NCBI GenBank assembly: GCA_013239625.1
Contig: MU054212.1
Span: 4,498,270 to 4,562,269, forward strand
From: Lama guanicoe
Taxonomy: Eukaryota
Direction of reading: 5' to 3'
Length of the DNA stretch: 64,000 nt
Shown: piece after piece, positions 38,131 to 51,949 of the stretch
Numbering within the stretch: the first letter of the stretch is position 1
How the letters are laid out: each line of letters begins with the position of its first letter
The notes under the pieces: generated by a model
The model's input: only the letters and a program-made list of their open reading frames with translations
Told to the model about the DNA's origin: nothing
Database searches by the model: none
Made by a program: the position numbers and the translations under genes

Positions 38131-38530
38131 TTTTTATTTAAGTATAGTTGATATATACTGTTGCGTTAAGTTTCTGGTGTACAGCATAGTGATTCAGTTA
38201 TAAATATATATTATTTTTCATATTCTTTTTCATTATAGGCTATTACAAGATATTGAATATAGTTCCCTGTGCTATACAATAGGGCCTGTTGTTTATCTAT
38301 TTTATATATAGTAAAGTGTATCTATTAATCCCAAACTTCTAATTTATCCACCCCGCCTTTTCCTCTTTGGTAACCATACGTTTGCTTTCTATGTCTGTGA
38401 GTCTGTTTCTATTTTGTAAATAAGTTCATTTGTATCATCTTTTATTTTTAGATTCTACACATAAGTGATATAACGTGATATCTGTCTTTCTCCTTCTGAC
38501 TTACTTCGCTTAGTAAGATAGTCCCCAGGT
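38131..38530 (-). mobile_element. 5'-truncated cetartiodactyl L1 3' end with TSD
   Basis: Poly-T then agtatagttga...ggtgtacagcatagtgattcagt...gaatatagttccctgtgctatac...ctatgtctgtgagtctgtttct...tctgacttacttcgcttag; degenerate TSD tgaatagaagtt / tggaaagaagtt. Confidence 0.92.
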
Positions 38531-41500
38531 TGGAAAGAAGTTATTTCAATTCACAATGAAAAATACAATTGTGTTTGTTATAATGGGCAATGGCAGAAAC
38601 ATGATTATATTCCAGATAACCTAAAATTAGATTATATTTTAAAATACATTCTAAAAATAATAATATACTTGTATTTGTTGTATGTGGTAACTTCTACTAT
38701 GATGAAATTTGAATTGCAATTTTGAATCTTCCTTTAAGTTACTGTAACATCTCAACTTTTAATATAAGAGCTTTACAGTAGGATAAATAGAAAAAAAAAC
38801 ACTGCAAAAATGTTTTGAATTTTTAAAAAAAACCTTCTATAGTCTCTATTTTACTAATTTTCACATTCCTTTATTAAAGACTCTCCCTAGATGTGTGCTG
38901 CTAGTTCAGGTGTGATGAAGTTCAAAGAAAAGCAATCATTTGTCCTGCTTTTCATAAGCTTAAAGTCTCAAATGGACAAGGTAGTACTTGGCATCTGCAA
39001 ATGCCTAGCATCATCACACAGAGCCAGAGAGATACATACATTTTTAAAAAATATGACTAAAAGAGAATTATCTTCATATTCTAAGTATAGAATTTTTAGT
39101 GTGGAATCTGGGCAGTAATCAAGACACAAGTTTTTAAGGAAACGTGAACTCTTTTTCTAGTAAGAGAAGCAGAGAGAAATTGACATTCGTTGTGAACTTG
39201 AAAGGGGAACGTAGATAGCTCCATAGTATATATGGGGCAGCCATGGCTCACGTACACTAAATAGCTTTCCCAAGATTCAGGTGTGACGTCACAAGGGCCA
39301 TCTCAAGAATCCTAGATCTAGCGGGGAAGTTCACTACACTATTTCCCAGTGAGGCCAGACTTTGTGCAATGGAAACGATTTGGTTCCACTAGTTCAATTC
39401 TTCATTGTTTCTGTCTTCGGTAACATGAGAACAGTGGCTGGTGCATGGTAAGAACTGACTTCTTCCAACAACTCAAACCCTTTCAAACAGTCAATGAAGA
39501 AACTGTAAGGCAAGAATTTACACTAGAGTATATTATAAAAACCAAGGAGGAAACGTGATACTTGGAGAATGGAAGCGGTAAGGAGTTCTGTGGGCTGGGT
39601 GGAGTCTGCCTAGTGTAGCCTGGCACCGTCTTTCTCAATGTCTTGCAGATCATCCAGATTTCCTCATTACTGCTCTGTGCAAGTGACAAAGGTAGAATGA
39701 TTTCCAGACAGCCGTGGTTCTCCAAAACTTTTAAACACTTTTTAAATTAGCACAGTATTAAGTGATTTGTGTGTAATTATTATAATAATCAGTGATCATT
39801 GTAATGGGAACTGAGCTCAGGACCCCTTCTCAATCTAAGTGGATGCTACTTTTATAGAAAAAAAAAGGCTTGAAACTTTGAAACTTTCTCAAGTGTAGCT
39901 ACTCACAAGTGGCAGGCCTGCGATTTCAACCCTGTCCTGACTGACGGCAACCTTGGTTTCTAACAGCAATAGAAGTATTGTATGTAAAATGTATGCTCTG
40001 CATAAATTAGTTTTATTGGTTATAAATAGACAGAAAAAAGGGGGAAATGATTCTCCTTCAGATCTGAAAGATATTTTGGATCCAAGAAACCTATTTGCTT
40101 TCTTTACTAAGAGTTCTTGAGATTTTAATTTGCTATATGGAGTGTATTTCCAAAGGGATGGAGAAACGCGTGGGTCACATTTCATAAGTTTATTCGACCA
40201 TATAGCACCTTTTCAAAAATTAGTTTTTTGTCTAATTCATTTGTTTTTCTACATTACTTTCTATTTACTTTCTTGTCTCCTACACGTGTCTCAGCCCTAC
40301 ATCAGAGCCAGTCCCAGATCATTCCCTGCTCTAGTAAAACCTATACAAGGAAACAGAAACTTTTCTTCAAAAACAGATTCATATAGCATTCTGATATTTT
40401 GGCTGCTATTGCTTTATTTTGAAACTGCCTTTTCCTCTGACAACTGAAGAAGTCAAAATCTACTGGGGTTTTTTTTCCTAGATATTTCCTTATAAAATTT
40501 TCATTATCTATTAGCTAAAATCATGTGTCACTTGGGGCTTTTTAAAAATATCTTTTTCAGTGAAAGTGACTGCTTCTTGATGGTAGTAATATTTTATTTA
40601 CATGGATGTTCCTTTATGCAGACGGTGAAATCTCAACAAATAGTTTCTGAATATGACACATTTCTATTCCCTCTCTGATTCAGCATCCCTGTGAACACTT
40701 ATGTATAGATTATATGTATTTCTATCCCTTCCATGATTAGGATTATTGATCAGGTCTTCATATACGAGGTTTTGCTTTACCAGAGGCCTTCTCAAGGAAG
40801 ACTTTCTAATGGTCCCAGCTTTTGTATCACCCTTCCGTTGGTAAAGAAAGAGATCTGGAATTTATTTTCCCTTAGCGAAGGGTATTTCATAACTATACTT
40901 TTTTCTGATTGTAACAGATAACAATTTGAGATATCACAGCATCTGCTCACACTAGGAAGTCTAGGGGGAGAGGAGATTACTGTTATCCAGTTTGGATATG
41001 ACAGGCCCTGATGCTGGGAATGGAAAAGAAGTACCAGCTTCAAGCAGTGGTGAAAATAGGGTGGTGTGGTTACACTGGTTGCAAACACAGAAGGAGGGAA
41101 CAGGGCAGGAAGCACCGGCTCTGGGTGCCGTCTGATAACCCATCCCATTCCTTCTGCCGTGACTCCTGTTAGACTCCACCGTAAAGGGTGGAGCTGCTTC
41201 ACGTTGACCTGAGCCTTTTGTCTGAACCCCTCTAACCACTTCCACGTTTTTGTACGGATTAGCCTTGTATTTTGACACATGCGTAACTTGTACCTTTCCT
41301 TGAGTCCTTGAGAAATTATTTCTATTCCCACCCTGTTCACTCTGCTCTAAACTCCAGTCCAGACTGAGTTCTTCCTTAAGATTCTTAACCACTCGAGGAT
41401 TTAATAGATCGCATCATACGTATTCTGAGAATCATCAGTTTATGGCTTTCTATATTTACTGGCTTGTGCTAGACTGACAAAACAATGTCATTTTCTCTAT

Positions 41501-42489
41501 TTTTTTTTCTCTCAATTCTATGCTTAGTTTTCTCATTTGTGTGGGGCCTGAATAAGTTAAACCACTCCCGTCCTTTCTGGTGGGCCCAGCTGTATTCAGG
41601 AGGGTCAACTGGTAATCGATGTCCGTGAACTAAAAGTCATACAATGATATGTCCAAAATCTGTGTCTTCTGAGAACAGTTTTGCTGTGGTTACTGTCACT
41701 TTCTAACAGCCGAAGTTTATCAGCTGAGGTGGCTGAGTAAGGCTGAGAATCAGGTATGACAATACTCATCAAGGGAAATAAATCAATTATGATAGGAGAG
41801 CAAGGAAACTGATTCCCTCCTATGGTTGATAACAAAGGACGAGCTTGTTTGACTTTGCTTTGCGGCTCATAAACTGGCTCTCTAGGTAATTTGACAAGAA
41901 GAGCTTTCAACAAGTGGCATCGTCAAGATAACCAGTGGCCAGACTTTCAGAGTCTTTGTTTAGGAGTGTGAATATATCCATTTGCAAATATAAGGCCTAT
42001 TCAAGAGTATACAAATTACTACACACACACCTGGTAAAAGAGTAAATTATCAGAGACAATTTAATGGCAGCGATTAACTGTTACGCCGTGGAGACCTTTC
42101 ACCAGACTCTGGCCAGAAGCTGCAGTTTTAGCCAATCTAATGCCCTGGCTTGGTTACGTTTGCCTGGACAAGTAGTGAGGTGAGAAAACACCAGGAGTGG
42201 AAACTTCAGCTCAGAAAAAGCAAAGTTTACTTAACACACAGGGCTACTCTCATTGTTACTGCTAATTCCAACTTGGCTCCTGCTGATCTGGCAAAGGGAT
42301 CTCATACTTTTTCACTCTCAATTTGGGAGAATATTTTAGAATTTGCCTTAGGTCACACAGCTCAAGTTATAACTGGTTTCATGCCTGCAAAATGAGAAGT
42401 TGTCAATACATGTTTGTTGAATTGAATTGATTTGAATAGAACACCACTGGATGCAATTAGTGTTACGACAGGGAAGAGGAGGTGTGTGG

Positions 42490-42620
42490 CAATTACTCAG
42501 CATTTGTGGATCATCTAGTATATACGAGTATGCTGTAAAAGAGAGAGCAAAGCTTACAATGTCTCTGACCTCCAGAAGCTTCCAACCTTGCAATGGATGA
42601 GAGTGAGAAATACTGCCTTT
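42490..42620 (-). mobile_element. L2 3' end fragment
   Basis: caattactcagcatttgtggatcatctagtat...gtctctgacctccagaagcttccaacc. Confidence 0.5.
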
Positions 42621-42699
42621 CTTCCAAAACACTTACAGCTACGAGTGACAGCAGAGCAAACTATCACCATGCTCCAGGCAGCATAATAGACAAGTTTTA

Positions 42700-42830
42700 A
42701 GCCATGTTTCAAGCCAAGGCTGTCCTTGGGAAATTAAACCAATTTTACCTCCCTGGCAGGGCTGTCATGCATATAAACATTTACCTATCCCTTAGCACAG
42801 TGCTTGCCATGTAGTAAAAGCTCAGCGATG
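42700..42830 (+). mobile_element. MIR fragment
   Basis: gctgtccttgggaaattaa...acctccctggcagggctgtc...ccttagcacagtgcttgccatgtagtaaaagctcag. Confidence 0.6.
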
Positions 42831-43576
42831 GACCACCTTGCAGAACCAGGGTGGGGCTTCTTGGCCATTTGCTAGTTGCAACACTTCATTATGAACATGA
42901 ATTTGGGAAACAACCTAGGAAACCATTGTAGAGCAAGGCTGTTACCTCGGGAAATATCTGTACATTATAACTTAAGAGGCAGCAGAACTAAGCATTGGGT
43001 ATTTTCTAGGTTTTTATTGGTTACATTTCCCTGATCTGGTTTTTCTCTAGAGAATTCAGGAAGCACTCTTTCAAAGTCCCAAAAGAGAAAGAAAAATATA
43101 ATTGGATAGCATCTTTGGTATAAAAGAGGGAGGTAGGGAATTTCAGGTAAAGAAGTGGGAACCAAATAATGTCCAATGTGCTCTGTCAAAGTCAAAAACG
43201 CCTTGTAGCCCCCCTCCCTGAGCACAAAGAACAGCATCAAAAATCGGTTCAGACCACTGGAAGAGTCTGGAAGTAGTTAAGAAAACTCTTCACTTAAGAG
43301 TTGGGTAACTAGTTTGGGTAAATGTGGTAATTATGTAATGTTTTCTTGAATAAAACTAGAAGTACTTGACTAAAAAACCTTTTCATTGATTTCAGTCTCT
43401 GAGAATTTTAAACCGCTGTTTTTTGTTTATTTGCTTGTTTTTAATTAGGCCTGGCGAGGACAAATAATTCTCCATGGATCCGATTTTCCCTAGGTAAAGT
43501 GTATTTTTCTTCACTTTTTCTGTCTTCCTTCTCCTGTTTCAATCACCACTTTGTAGGCAACTAATTTCCTCAGGCT

Positions 43577-44379
43577 TGTAACCGAGCAGGACCCTATGGG
43601 ACCTTCCAGGGACAGACAACCCCCCCCCATGTCCTCTGCCTACCTCTTGTTTGTTAAAAATCTTTAGTCTCCCAGGCCTCCCCTGAGTCACGAAAGCCTG
43701 GCTCAAGAATTGATGATTGACAGAATGTGAACATATAGTAACAACAAAAAATAGAGCCGTTGAGCCAGGAGAACTGGTAACAATTTAAACAACAGATCAG
43801 TCAGATAGCAGTCTCAGAGCCTTCAGTTCCTCCCTGAAGGATAGGTAACAGTGTCTGATCCATATTCCTGAGTTGTTTTACAGAAACTAAAACCAGCACT
43901 AGAGGGAAAAAGCTAACTGCGCGATGAGCAAACTGTAGCCACGACATAAGCTGCTCTACCTTGAGCAATACTGAATCTGTGGCTAGCACAATTCCAAGAG
44001 CTGGCCTCAAGAAAACGGGAAACCACTGGCCCTGGAATTGAAGATTAACTGTGCTTAAAACAGTCAAGATGATGCTGACCAGACCACGGTATGACCAGTT
44101 TCAAGATGATTGTCCGAGCTGATTATGCTGTTCTAAATGTAGTCCCCTCCTGAACTAAACATAATCCCCTGAAACGTCCCAGTTTTTCCATAAAAAACCC
44201 TTTTCTTTCTAACTGGCAATTGGGAGATGGTTTGGGGGATGCTGTTCCACCGTCTTCCCAGGTTTCCAGTTTCCTGAACAAAGCATCTTTCTTTTTCCAC
44301 AAACCCTTGTCTCTTGAACATTTACTTTTGAGCGATGAGCAGCCCAACCTGATTTTGATTCCAGCTCCAGCCAGTAACA
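43577..44379 (+). mobile_element. Solo ERV1-type LTR (~803 bp)
   Basis: TGTAAC...GTAACA termini; 4-bp TSD ggct / ggat; TATA-like cataaaaa at about 44189; degenerate polyA signal (aacaaa) at about 44277 followed by U5-like sequence. Confidence 0.88.
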
Positions 44380-44456
44380 GGATCAAGTTCCTGACTAAAA
44401 AATTTGTCAGTGGGAGTTCTCTCTTATCTATTTCAGTGTTATGCTACATATAAGGT

Positions 44457-44777
44457 CACTCAGGCAGCCTGTGGGGAGAACCATGTGGCAAAGAATGGTG
44501 ACCTTTGACCAACAACAGTCAGCGAAGAATGGAGGCTTATCAACAACAATTTAAGAAAAGTTGGAAGCTAATTCTCCAGCCTGAGTTTGAGTCTTGAGAC
44601 AACTGAAATCTTGGCCTACAGTCTGACTGTACCCTTGTGAGAGGCTCTGAGCCAGAACCATCCAACTAAACTTTTCCTGAATTTCTTACTGTCTGAAACT
44701 CTGAGACAATAAATGTTTGTTGCTGTAAGCTGCCAATTTTAGGGTAATTTGTCAGCCAGCAATAGTGAATTAACACA
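44457..44777 (+). mobile_element. MLT1 (MLT1F-like) MaLR LTR, 3' part
   Basis: ctcaggcagcctgtggggagaaccatgtggcaaagaa...tgtgagaggctctgagccagaaccatccaactaa...aataaatgtttgttgctgtaagctgccaattttaggg...gcaatagtgaattaacaca. Confidence 0.88.
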
Positions 44778-45509
44778 ATCAGAGTGTGTACACGTAGTAT
44801 GACCTCATCATTTTGCCTTCCTTTCTTTCGAGAGCTTGGAATTAAGGCATACTTCCTACATCTTGGATTCAAAGAAATCTACCTCAATTTGGGTTTGTCA
44901 TTCTCCTCTCCTCAGGGTAATTTAATCTTTACCTTTTAAAAATAATACTAAGCAATACAAGAATCAAAATCTTAAGTATGAATGTAAAAGGTTTTATATA
45001 GCCTTTCGTTCCATTATAAGAATTGTTAAAAAAATTGAATGCAAAAATATATTCACATGTTCTAAAAATTTGCATAGCATTGTTTGGATGCTTAATGTGA
45101 CTGTCATTAAAACAAATCAATAGTAAAATCCTTTAAACACTGAAGCAATCAAGCATAGCTGAATAACATTAATTGGAAATCATGATATATTGTATAAATC
45201 AAAGATGGCAAATTGATAAAAAGGTTGAAGTTGCACCTGTGGTGATCAGTCTTGGCTGCATTTTCCTGACAGATGACCACATAATATTGATTGGGAAGAA
45301 GCTTATATTGAATAGATGGGATAAGCTGATGTCTGGGCCATTTACTATGTACAGCCACAAAAAAGATTGAGACTTAATGAATTATTCCTCTTATGTGTAC
45401 ATAATTACATAAAGAAACAAGAAATACTCTAGTGAGAATAGTGGCATTGTTAAATAAAATGGTTAGTATATGTTGAATCATATGAAATTGGAAATAGAAA
45501 GCTATGTCA

Positions 45510-45670
45510 TAAATCATACACTCTTGGAGGCAAAAAGTGCCTTAGAGACCCTAAATCAACACTCACATTTTACAGATGTGGAAACAAAGACGCAGAGCAG
45601 ATGAATGATTTGATCAAACCAAACCAAAAGGTAAAATCTAGATCTAGAAATCAAGACAATATTCTTTTCA
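45510..45670 (-). mobile_element. MIR fragment
   Basis: ccttagagacc...cattttacagatgtggaaacaaagacgcagagcagatgaatgatttg. Confidence 0.7.
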
Positions 45671-46375
45671 TTCCTGATGCATATATGTAATATCTAGGAA
45701 TTAAACACACACATATACCATTTATATTGCAAAAGACATTTTATGAGTTGGTTTTCTGGAATTTGATTGTATTTTACTAGAAATAGAATTTTGCTTATAA
45801 AAGCTAGATCTCCAGAGAAGTCCATCAAGGTTTTCATGCCAAAACTCATCTTTCCTTTTGCAATGGAAAGAGGACTGGAAAACTTTTTGGTTCATGTAAC
45901 TTAAAGAAGAAAAAGTTGAAATCTAAAGTATTTTATTAGAAAGTTAAATAGACCCACTGAATAAAATGTCTAATGTTTTCTGGGTGGACATTCTATAGTA
46001 TGTTTCTATACTTTTCATTACCCCCAAATTTCAAATTCAGTAAATGTGAGCTAGGGACTGAAATTGGGTTTTAAGGAATCCCAGTTGACCTGACTGTATG
46101 TCGGTCTTATGAACAACTGGCCCCCCAAATATATATTTCAAGATCATTAGCATGGCATATAGATTCCTTACCGATCTTAAAAAAGGAATGTCCTTTATTT
46201 CTGTTATAATCCAGATGAGCTAGTTTCCTTGATTTTCAAACCAAATATAATGATTTATTGCTATACTCTATACATATTGTAAATTATCATGGAGAATTTT
46301 CATACTTTCAGGGTTTCCATTCACAAACTCTAGCATTTAATCATTTCCAACCCTCATTCTCATTGACTCTATCTA

Positions 46376-46897
46376 TGCATTAGTTACCATTGCTTTATAA
46401 ATAGCTACTTCACAGCCTAATGGCTTGAAACAACCATGTAGCTCATGATTCTGTGGGTTAGCAATTTGGGTTGGCCTCCGCTGGGTTGTTTTCCTGTTGG
46501 TCTCAACCAAGATCACTTATGTAAGTACAGCTGCCTGCCAGTCACTTGAAAGGCATTGCTGCTGGGGATTGGCTGCCTGTAGGCTGTGATGACAAAAGTG
46601 ACTGGACCACATATTGCCCATCAAACAGCAGGCCAGCCAGGGGTTTGCCACAGGGTGGTGGCGGCAAATATCCGAAGAGCCTAAGTTAGAGGGAAATACG
46701 TCATTGTGCAACAACTTTTTAAGTCTCTGCTTGCATCATAATGCTAACGTTCTATTGGCTAATAAAAGTGGCATGGCCAGATTCAAGCGGTGAATTAACA
46801 GGTTCCATCTCTTGATAAGAAGACCTGCAAAATCATATCACAAGAGCATAGAAGCAGGGGTGAGAAGAATCTGTCATCATTTTTACAGTCTATTGTA
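46376..46897 (-). mobile_element. MLT1 (MLT1G/H-like) MaLR LTR
   Basis: tgcattagttaccattgct...aatggcttgaaacaacc...gctcatgattctgtgggttagcaatttgggttggcctccgctggg...ccatctcttgataagaagacctgcaaaatcatat. Confidence 0.85.
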
Positions 46898-47039
46898 TAT
46901 TGATACTGCTCATGACTGCTCAGTTGCTGATAGAATGTCAGAAAATTAAATAACTTGATCAAAGTCTCACACCCAGTCGGTTTTAGAGAAAGGTTCATGA
47001 CAAGATGTATTTGATTCCAAAGCTATTGAATCCATCTTA

Positions 47040-47822
47040 TGAAAGATCTTAAATATATCTTACACTCCTTTCTTCTTTCATCTCCACTGAATTATCTTAG
47101 GTCAGGCCATCATCTCTGACCTGGATATAATCTCCTTCTAATTGCTCTTCCTGTTTACAACTTCCCTATCTGCCATAAATTTTTCATGAAGTAATTTGAG
47201 CGATATTTTTAAATGTAAATCAGATTATACTATTTCCCTAATTAAAACTTCCTAAAGCCTTGTCACCTCCTACTTAAAAATAAAAACCCAAAGTCCTTCT
47301 CTTGGTTTATAAGACCCTAGGAGATCTTCCACCGTACTTAGCTCCCGAAACATACATCATTCTAGCCTGCCCAGGACTCTTGAGCAACACTGGCCTGCTC
47401 ACCGTTTCTCCAATACAGTGCACTTTTTCTCCTTAAAAGCCTTTGCATTGCTGTCCCTGGAGACAGGACTTCTGAAAGGAAGGTTCTTCTCTCTTGGACT
47501 GCTTGTTTTTCTGTCATGCAGGCTCACTGCCAGTGTCAACTTCACAGCAAAGACTTTCTTGACTATTTTCTGTAAAGTATCCATACATTTCCCTGGGTCC
47601 TTCCCAAAGGCAATTTATTACATTAATATTGGAGTGGAAGCTGGAGGAATGGTGTCAATATAACACTCATCAGTATTTAAAATCATCTTGCATATTCACT
47701 TACTTTTATAGGATCTATTTCCTTATTACCCTTGTAAACCAAACAACAGTAGACTTTGTCCTAATCACTGCTGCGTTCTTAAGGAAGGACTGGTGCTTGA
47801 CACAATATCCACTGAATTAAGA
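47040..47822 (+). mobile_element. L2 3' region
   Basis: gtcaggccatcatctctgacctggat...aaatgtaaatcagattat...gcctttgcattgctgtccctgg...tcactgctgcgttct...tccactgaatta. Confidence 0.8.
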
Positions 47823-49296
47823 AATGACGAGCTTCAGATCTTAGAAAAAGCCATGAAAAGTAACACAGGGCTCTTTCCATATCCTCGGCAGCTTTCAGTG
47901 ATGAGCAGACGCCCAACTATTCCAAAGCTCACCCTTCTAAGGGTTTTTTCTTTGATGAGAGTCCCTACACTACTGTTGGACATTATACTAAAGGGATTAA
48001 AGCATTCATATTCAGGGTATGCAGGCCAGGTATGACTTCAGGGATGTCTATGTAAACAAAGGGGAAACAATGGTTTTCATTTAAAATTTTCTCTAATATC
48101 TAATATCTAAAAATATTATATCCCTACCAGGTAGGTCAAAAGGAAAATGATAAAGGTTGAAGAAAACTGAAGACTTGAATGATGGAAAGAAGTAAATGTT
48201 GAGAGAAGCACAAGAGGATGGTGGATTTAGTGACACAGAAGACAAACTTCATTGACTTGCTTTGATTAACCCTATTTTCTTTTAACTTGGTAGAGACAAA
48301 AATATGAGCTAAGTCTGGAGTATTTTTGTCATTCCTGACTCAAAATACAGGCAGCTGTGTTTTAGATGATTTATGAATATTTTTAACACAGATTGTGTAA
48401 AGGATTTCAGTCTCAGTGGAATAAAGTATACTTGACAGCAGAGTTATAACTAGGAGGACTGGTAAGAACAGTTATAGAGATTAAAGGATGTGTCCTAGAT
48501 TTAGAATAGTGCACACACCAAATAGTTCAGTCTTATAATTACCTTAGAGAATTGATAGAGAAGAGAAAATAACTTGTTAAACTGTAAAATATGCTATCTT
48601 CTCTCAGTGTCGCTTACCAGGGCATCTTTTTAACCTTGTGTGGGCACTGTAACAAAATGGCATTCTTGAGATTGTTTATGTTGGAATATTGACATTTCAC
48701 TTCCAGAAGATTTGTGAAATACCAAAGTGTCCAAAAAGAGTTAATGATAAACACTGACTAGGGGAAGCATACATCTGGTTTAGCTGAATTCTCATTTGAG
48801 TAATGCAGGAAGCTTTATGTACCAATTGTATGCTATTTGTAGATGTATGCATTAATATTTATATTTCAGTGCTTTTATTTTTGAATGTTTTGTTTTTATT
48901 GGAACGGTAATGTCCTGCTCTGAGGCTCATTCAAATTTCTGTGTAACTGCATCACTAAAATTAAACTTGGTAATTAAGGTTTTTTTTTTAATTGTTGTAG
49001 CTGTTTTTCTATATTCAGACTCCTGGTTTTATATATTCAGTGCAGCTATCAGAACATAAATGTACACTCAAGTAGACTGGGAATATTCAAGAATCAATGT
49101 CATTTACTCACTTATTCAATAAAGCTGTGCTTATTGAACATCTATTAGGTGGAGGGAATAGACAGATGACTTTGGAATATGTAAGATAAGAAGACAAACA
49201 TCTTTTTTAAAAGCAATTTAAATTATTTTTTGGTAAAGATAATACACATTCACAAACCCATAAAGCATAAGAAATGAAAACACTGTGTGTGATTAA

Positions 49297-49363
49297 GTTG
49301 CACACTCTAAACGGTTGAATTTTATGGCATGTAAATTATATCTCAATAAATGTGTTAAAAAAA
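49297..49363 (+). mobile_element. Ancient L1M 3' tip
   Basis: gttgcacactctaaacggttgaattttatggcatgtaaattatatctcaataaa followed by A-run. Confidence 0.8.
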
Positions 49364-49689
49364 CACTACATGCAAACTGATACTTAAAGAAATATAACTG
49401 ATCAAAGTGGACTTTTTGAAAGCTGATATCGATTGGTAGGCAGAGGTACAACTGTAATGTTCTTTAATGTTAACATCTAGTCTGATTGGGGGCCTCTGTT
49501 CTGACTGGTTAGTGCAGAGGGTCACCGGCTATGAAGTGTTTGATCATCACTTTGCGTCCAGGTAGAGTGTTTGGAGCAGAAAACTATTATTGAAAGATGG
49601 ACAAAATATGGAAAAAGAGACATGACACCAAGCAAAATGTAAATGGAAGACATTTAAAAGCAGTGGCCTACGGGGATAAATGTTTAGGA

Positions 49690-49884
49690 CAGAGATTCTC
49701 AGCACATGGTCAAGGAAACACCTTGTATCAGAATATTGGAGAACCTTATTAGAAATGCATTTCCTAGCCCCACCTCAAATCTAGGAAATCTGATTTTCTG
49801 TGGGTAAAACTAAGCACATTTCATTTAAATAAGCACACTCAAATAATTCTTAAGGATTGAAGTGAAAAGTTTGAGAGCCATTAG
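49690..49884. mobile_element. MER5A-like hAT-Charlie MITE
   Basis: cagagattctcagc...tatcagaat...cttattagaaatgcatttcctagccccacctca...aaagtttgagagccattag. Confidence 0.8.
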
Positions 49885-51949
49885 TCTAGAGCACATACTT
49901 ACTACTTATGATGAATTTGCTGAAACAGAAGATGAAGATTAAACAGAGAGGTTTGCTTCAACTCTGTAGATGGTGGTAAAACAGTTTATAGAGAGAGCTG
50001 GAGATATTGAGATTACTAGAGTTTTGCTTAATTTAGTTAAATCATTTGGAATTTCCTAATCACTAGGAAATTAAAAATTAAAAGCCATTATATAAAAAAG
50101 ATTGATGTATACTTCTTTCTGGTTTCTCCTGGGGAAAAAAGAGAACTGGAAATAGCATCACTTTTGTGCGTATATGAAAAACAGTTGGACAACCTACAGC
50201 TTCATGAATTTTTTGAGCCCACCAGAGAGTTGAGGGTTACAGTACAATATACTATCCAGAAATCTAAAGAAATACAGGCACCTGCAGAGAGAGAAAGGAT
50301 GCGAGCACTTGGAGCAGAGATAGCCGAATAGTAGTAAGAAGTGAATGAGAATATTTAACAAATTGGTGGAGGCCAAGTGTAGGTTAGTGAAACAGAGTGG
50401 AGCATTGGTGGCTACAGACATAAGGGGAGTGTGCATCCTCTTGCCAGATCCCTTTTCCTCCATGAACCCCAGTTACCTAGAGTTGTGATAAATTGTCTCT
50501 CCTTGAGCAGAGTTGAGCAGGGAAAAAGCAACTGCAATGGGAGTGTTATTAAACATTACTCAAATCTTTCTTCCCAGTCTTTTTCATGGAACAAAGTCAA
50601 TCTGTGTCAAGGAAAGCTATCAAACACCATCACATTTAGTTTACTTTTGAAAAGTCACTGCAGCTGCATGAAGGTTAACAGGGGTGGGGTGGGGGCGCAG
50701 AATGCACGTTGGGAACAGAAATACAACTAAAAGAGGGTTAGAAGAACTGAGAAGATCACAGATCTGACAAGCAGGGACATACTGCTTGCTTAATACTGAG
50801 GCTTAATCAACACAAGAATTCCCCTTCATTCAACCCAACAACCATAACCACCTAACAAGCATCAAAAGTAACAAATAACAGTGAATGATGCCGGAAGAGT
50901 TCCAAGAACATGAAGGTAGACCAAACCCAAGTTACAGTGAAAAGGGAACATTTAAAGCTAAAAGCAGAACAAACATTAAGCAAATCTCTTGCAAACCTGC
51001 TCCTATTTTAAACCAATGGTGGTGCAGGTTTTCAACTTAACTTGTCAAATAAATTGCTGTTAATAAGTACTGATAACTTATAAACCGTTAATAAAGCAGA
51101 ATTAATTCAAAATGAAAAAAAAAGAGTGGTGTTATGAGGTTAACTGGAACAACAAGAAACCTCAAACACAGAACATCTTTACATTAATTCAAATTCCTAT
51201 GCTAATGGCCTAGCAGGTATAAAGCTATCCTTATTTCCAGGCATACTAAAATAAAATAAGTAACCCCAAACAAAATTACCATGTACCTCTGTCTCTATTA
51301 TTTTGTTCTGGATGCCTTTCTTTTATCTAAAAATTACTAGACACAAGAGAAAAGAAAAAAAAGCACACACTGCTAAGAGATCAACAGAACTTGATTCAGA
51401 TATGATGCTGATGTTGGAACTATTTGGCAGGAAACTTAATACAACTAAATTTAATACGTTAAATGACAAAAAAAGAGATTAATATGAAATAATAGGTGGG
51501 TTAATTCCATAGAGAGAAGGAAACTGTAAGAAAAAATCAAACAGAAATGTGAGAAATTAAAAAAAAAACAACAATATTTAGACTATTCTCTGTGAACTCA
51601 TAAGTTGACTCCATACAGCTAAATAAGCAATCGGTGAACTTGAAGAAACATGAAATAAATATAAAACCATAAAGAGAAATATAAGCAAACAAAGACACAG
51701 AAAAACAGAAAATCTAACAGCAATGGGTCAATAATGCATATAACTGGTAACCCAGAAAAAGGGGAGAGAGAGAAAGAACAAGGCAAAAGAAATATTCAAA
51801 AATCAAGTGCATTAGAAATATAATAAATAATGGTCAAATAAACTTCATTTTGTCTTCATATTTTTAATTGCTCTGAAATATAACTGACTATATGAAGCAA
51901 AAATAATAGCAATTTGGCATGTTTATCATATATTAAAAGAACATCATAT

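Noticed and set aside
39282..39293. Palindromic CRE site tgTGACGTCAca
   Set aside because: A single isolated motif with no supporting promoter context.
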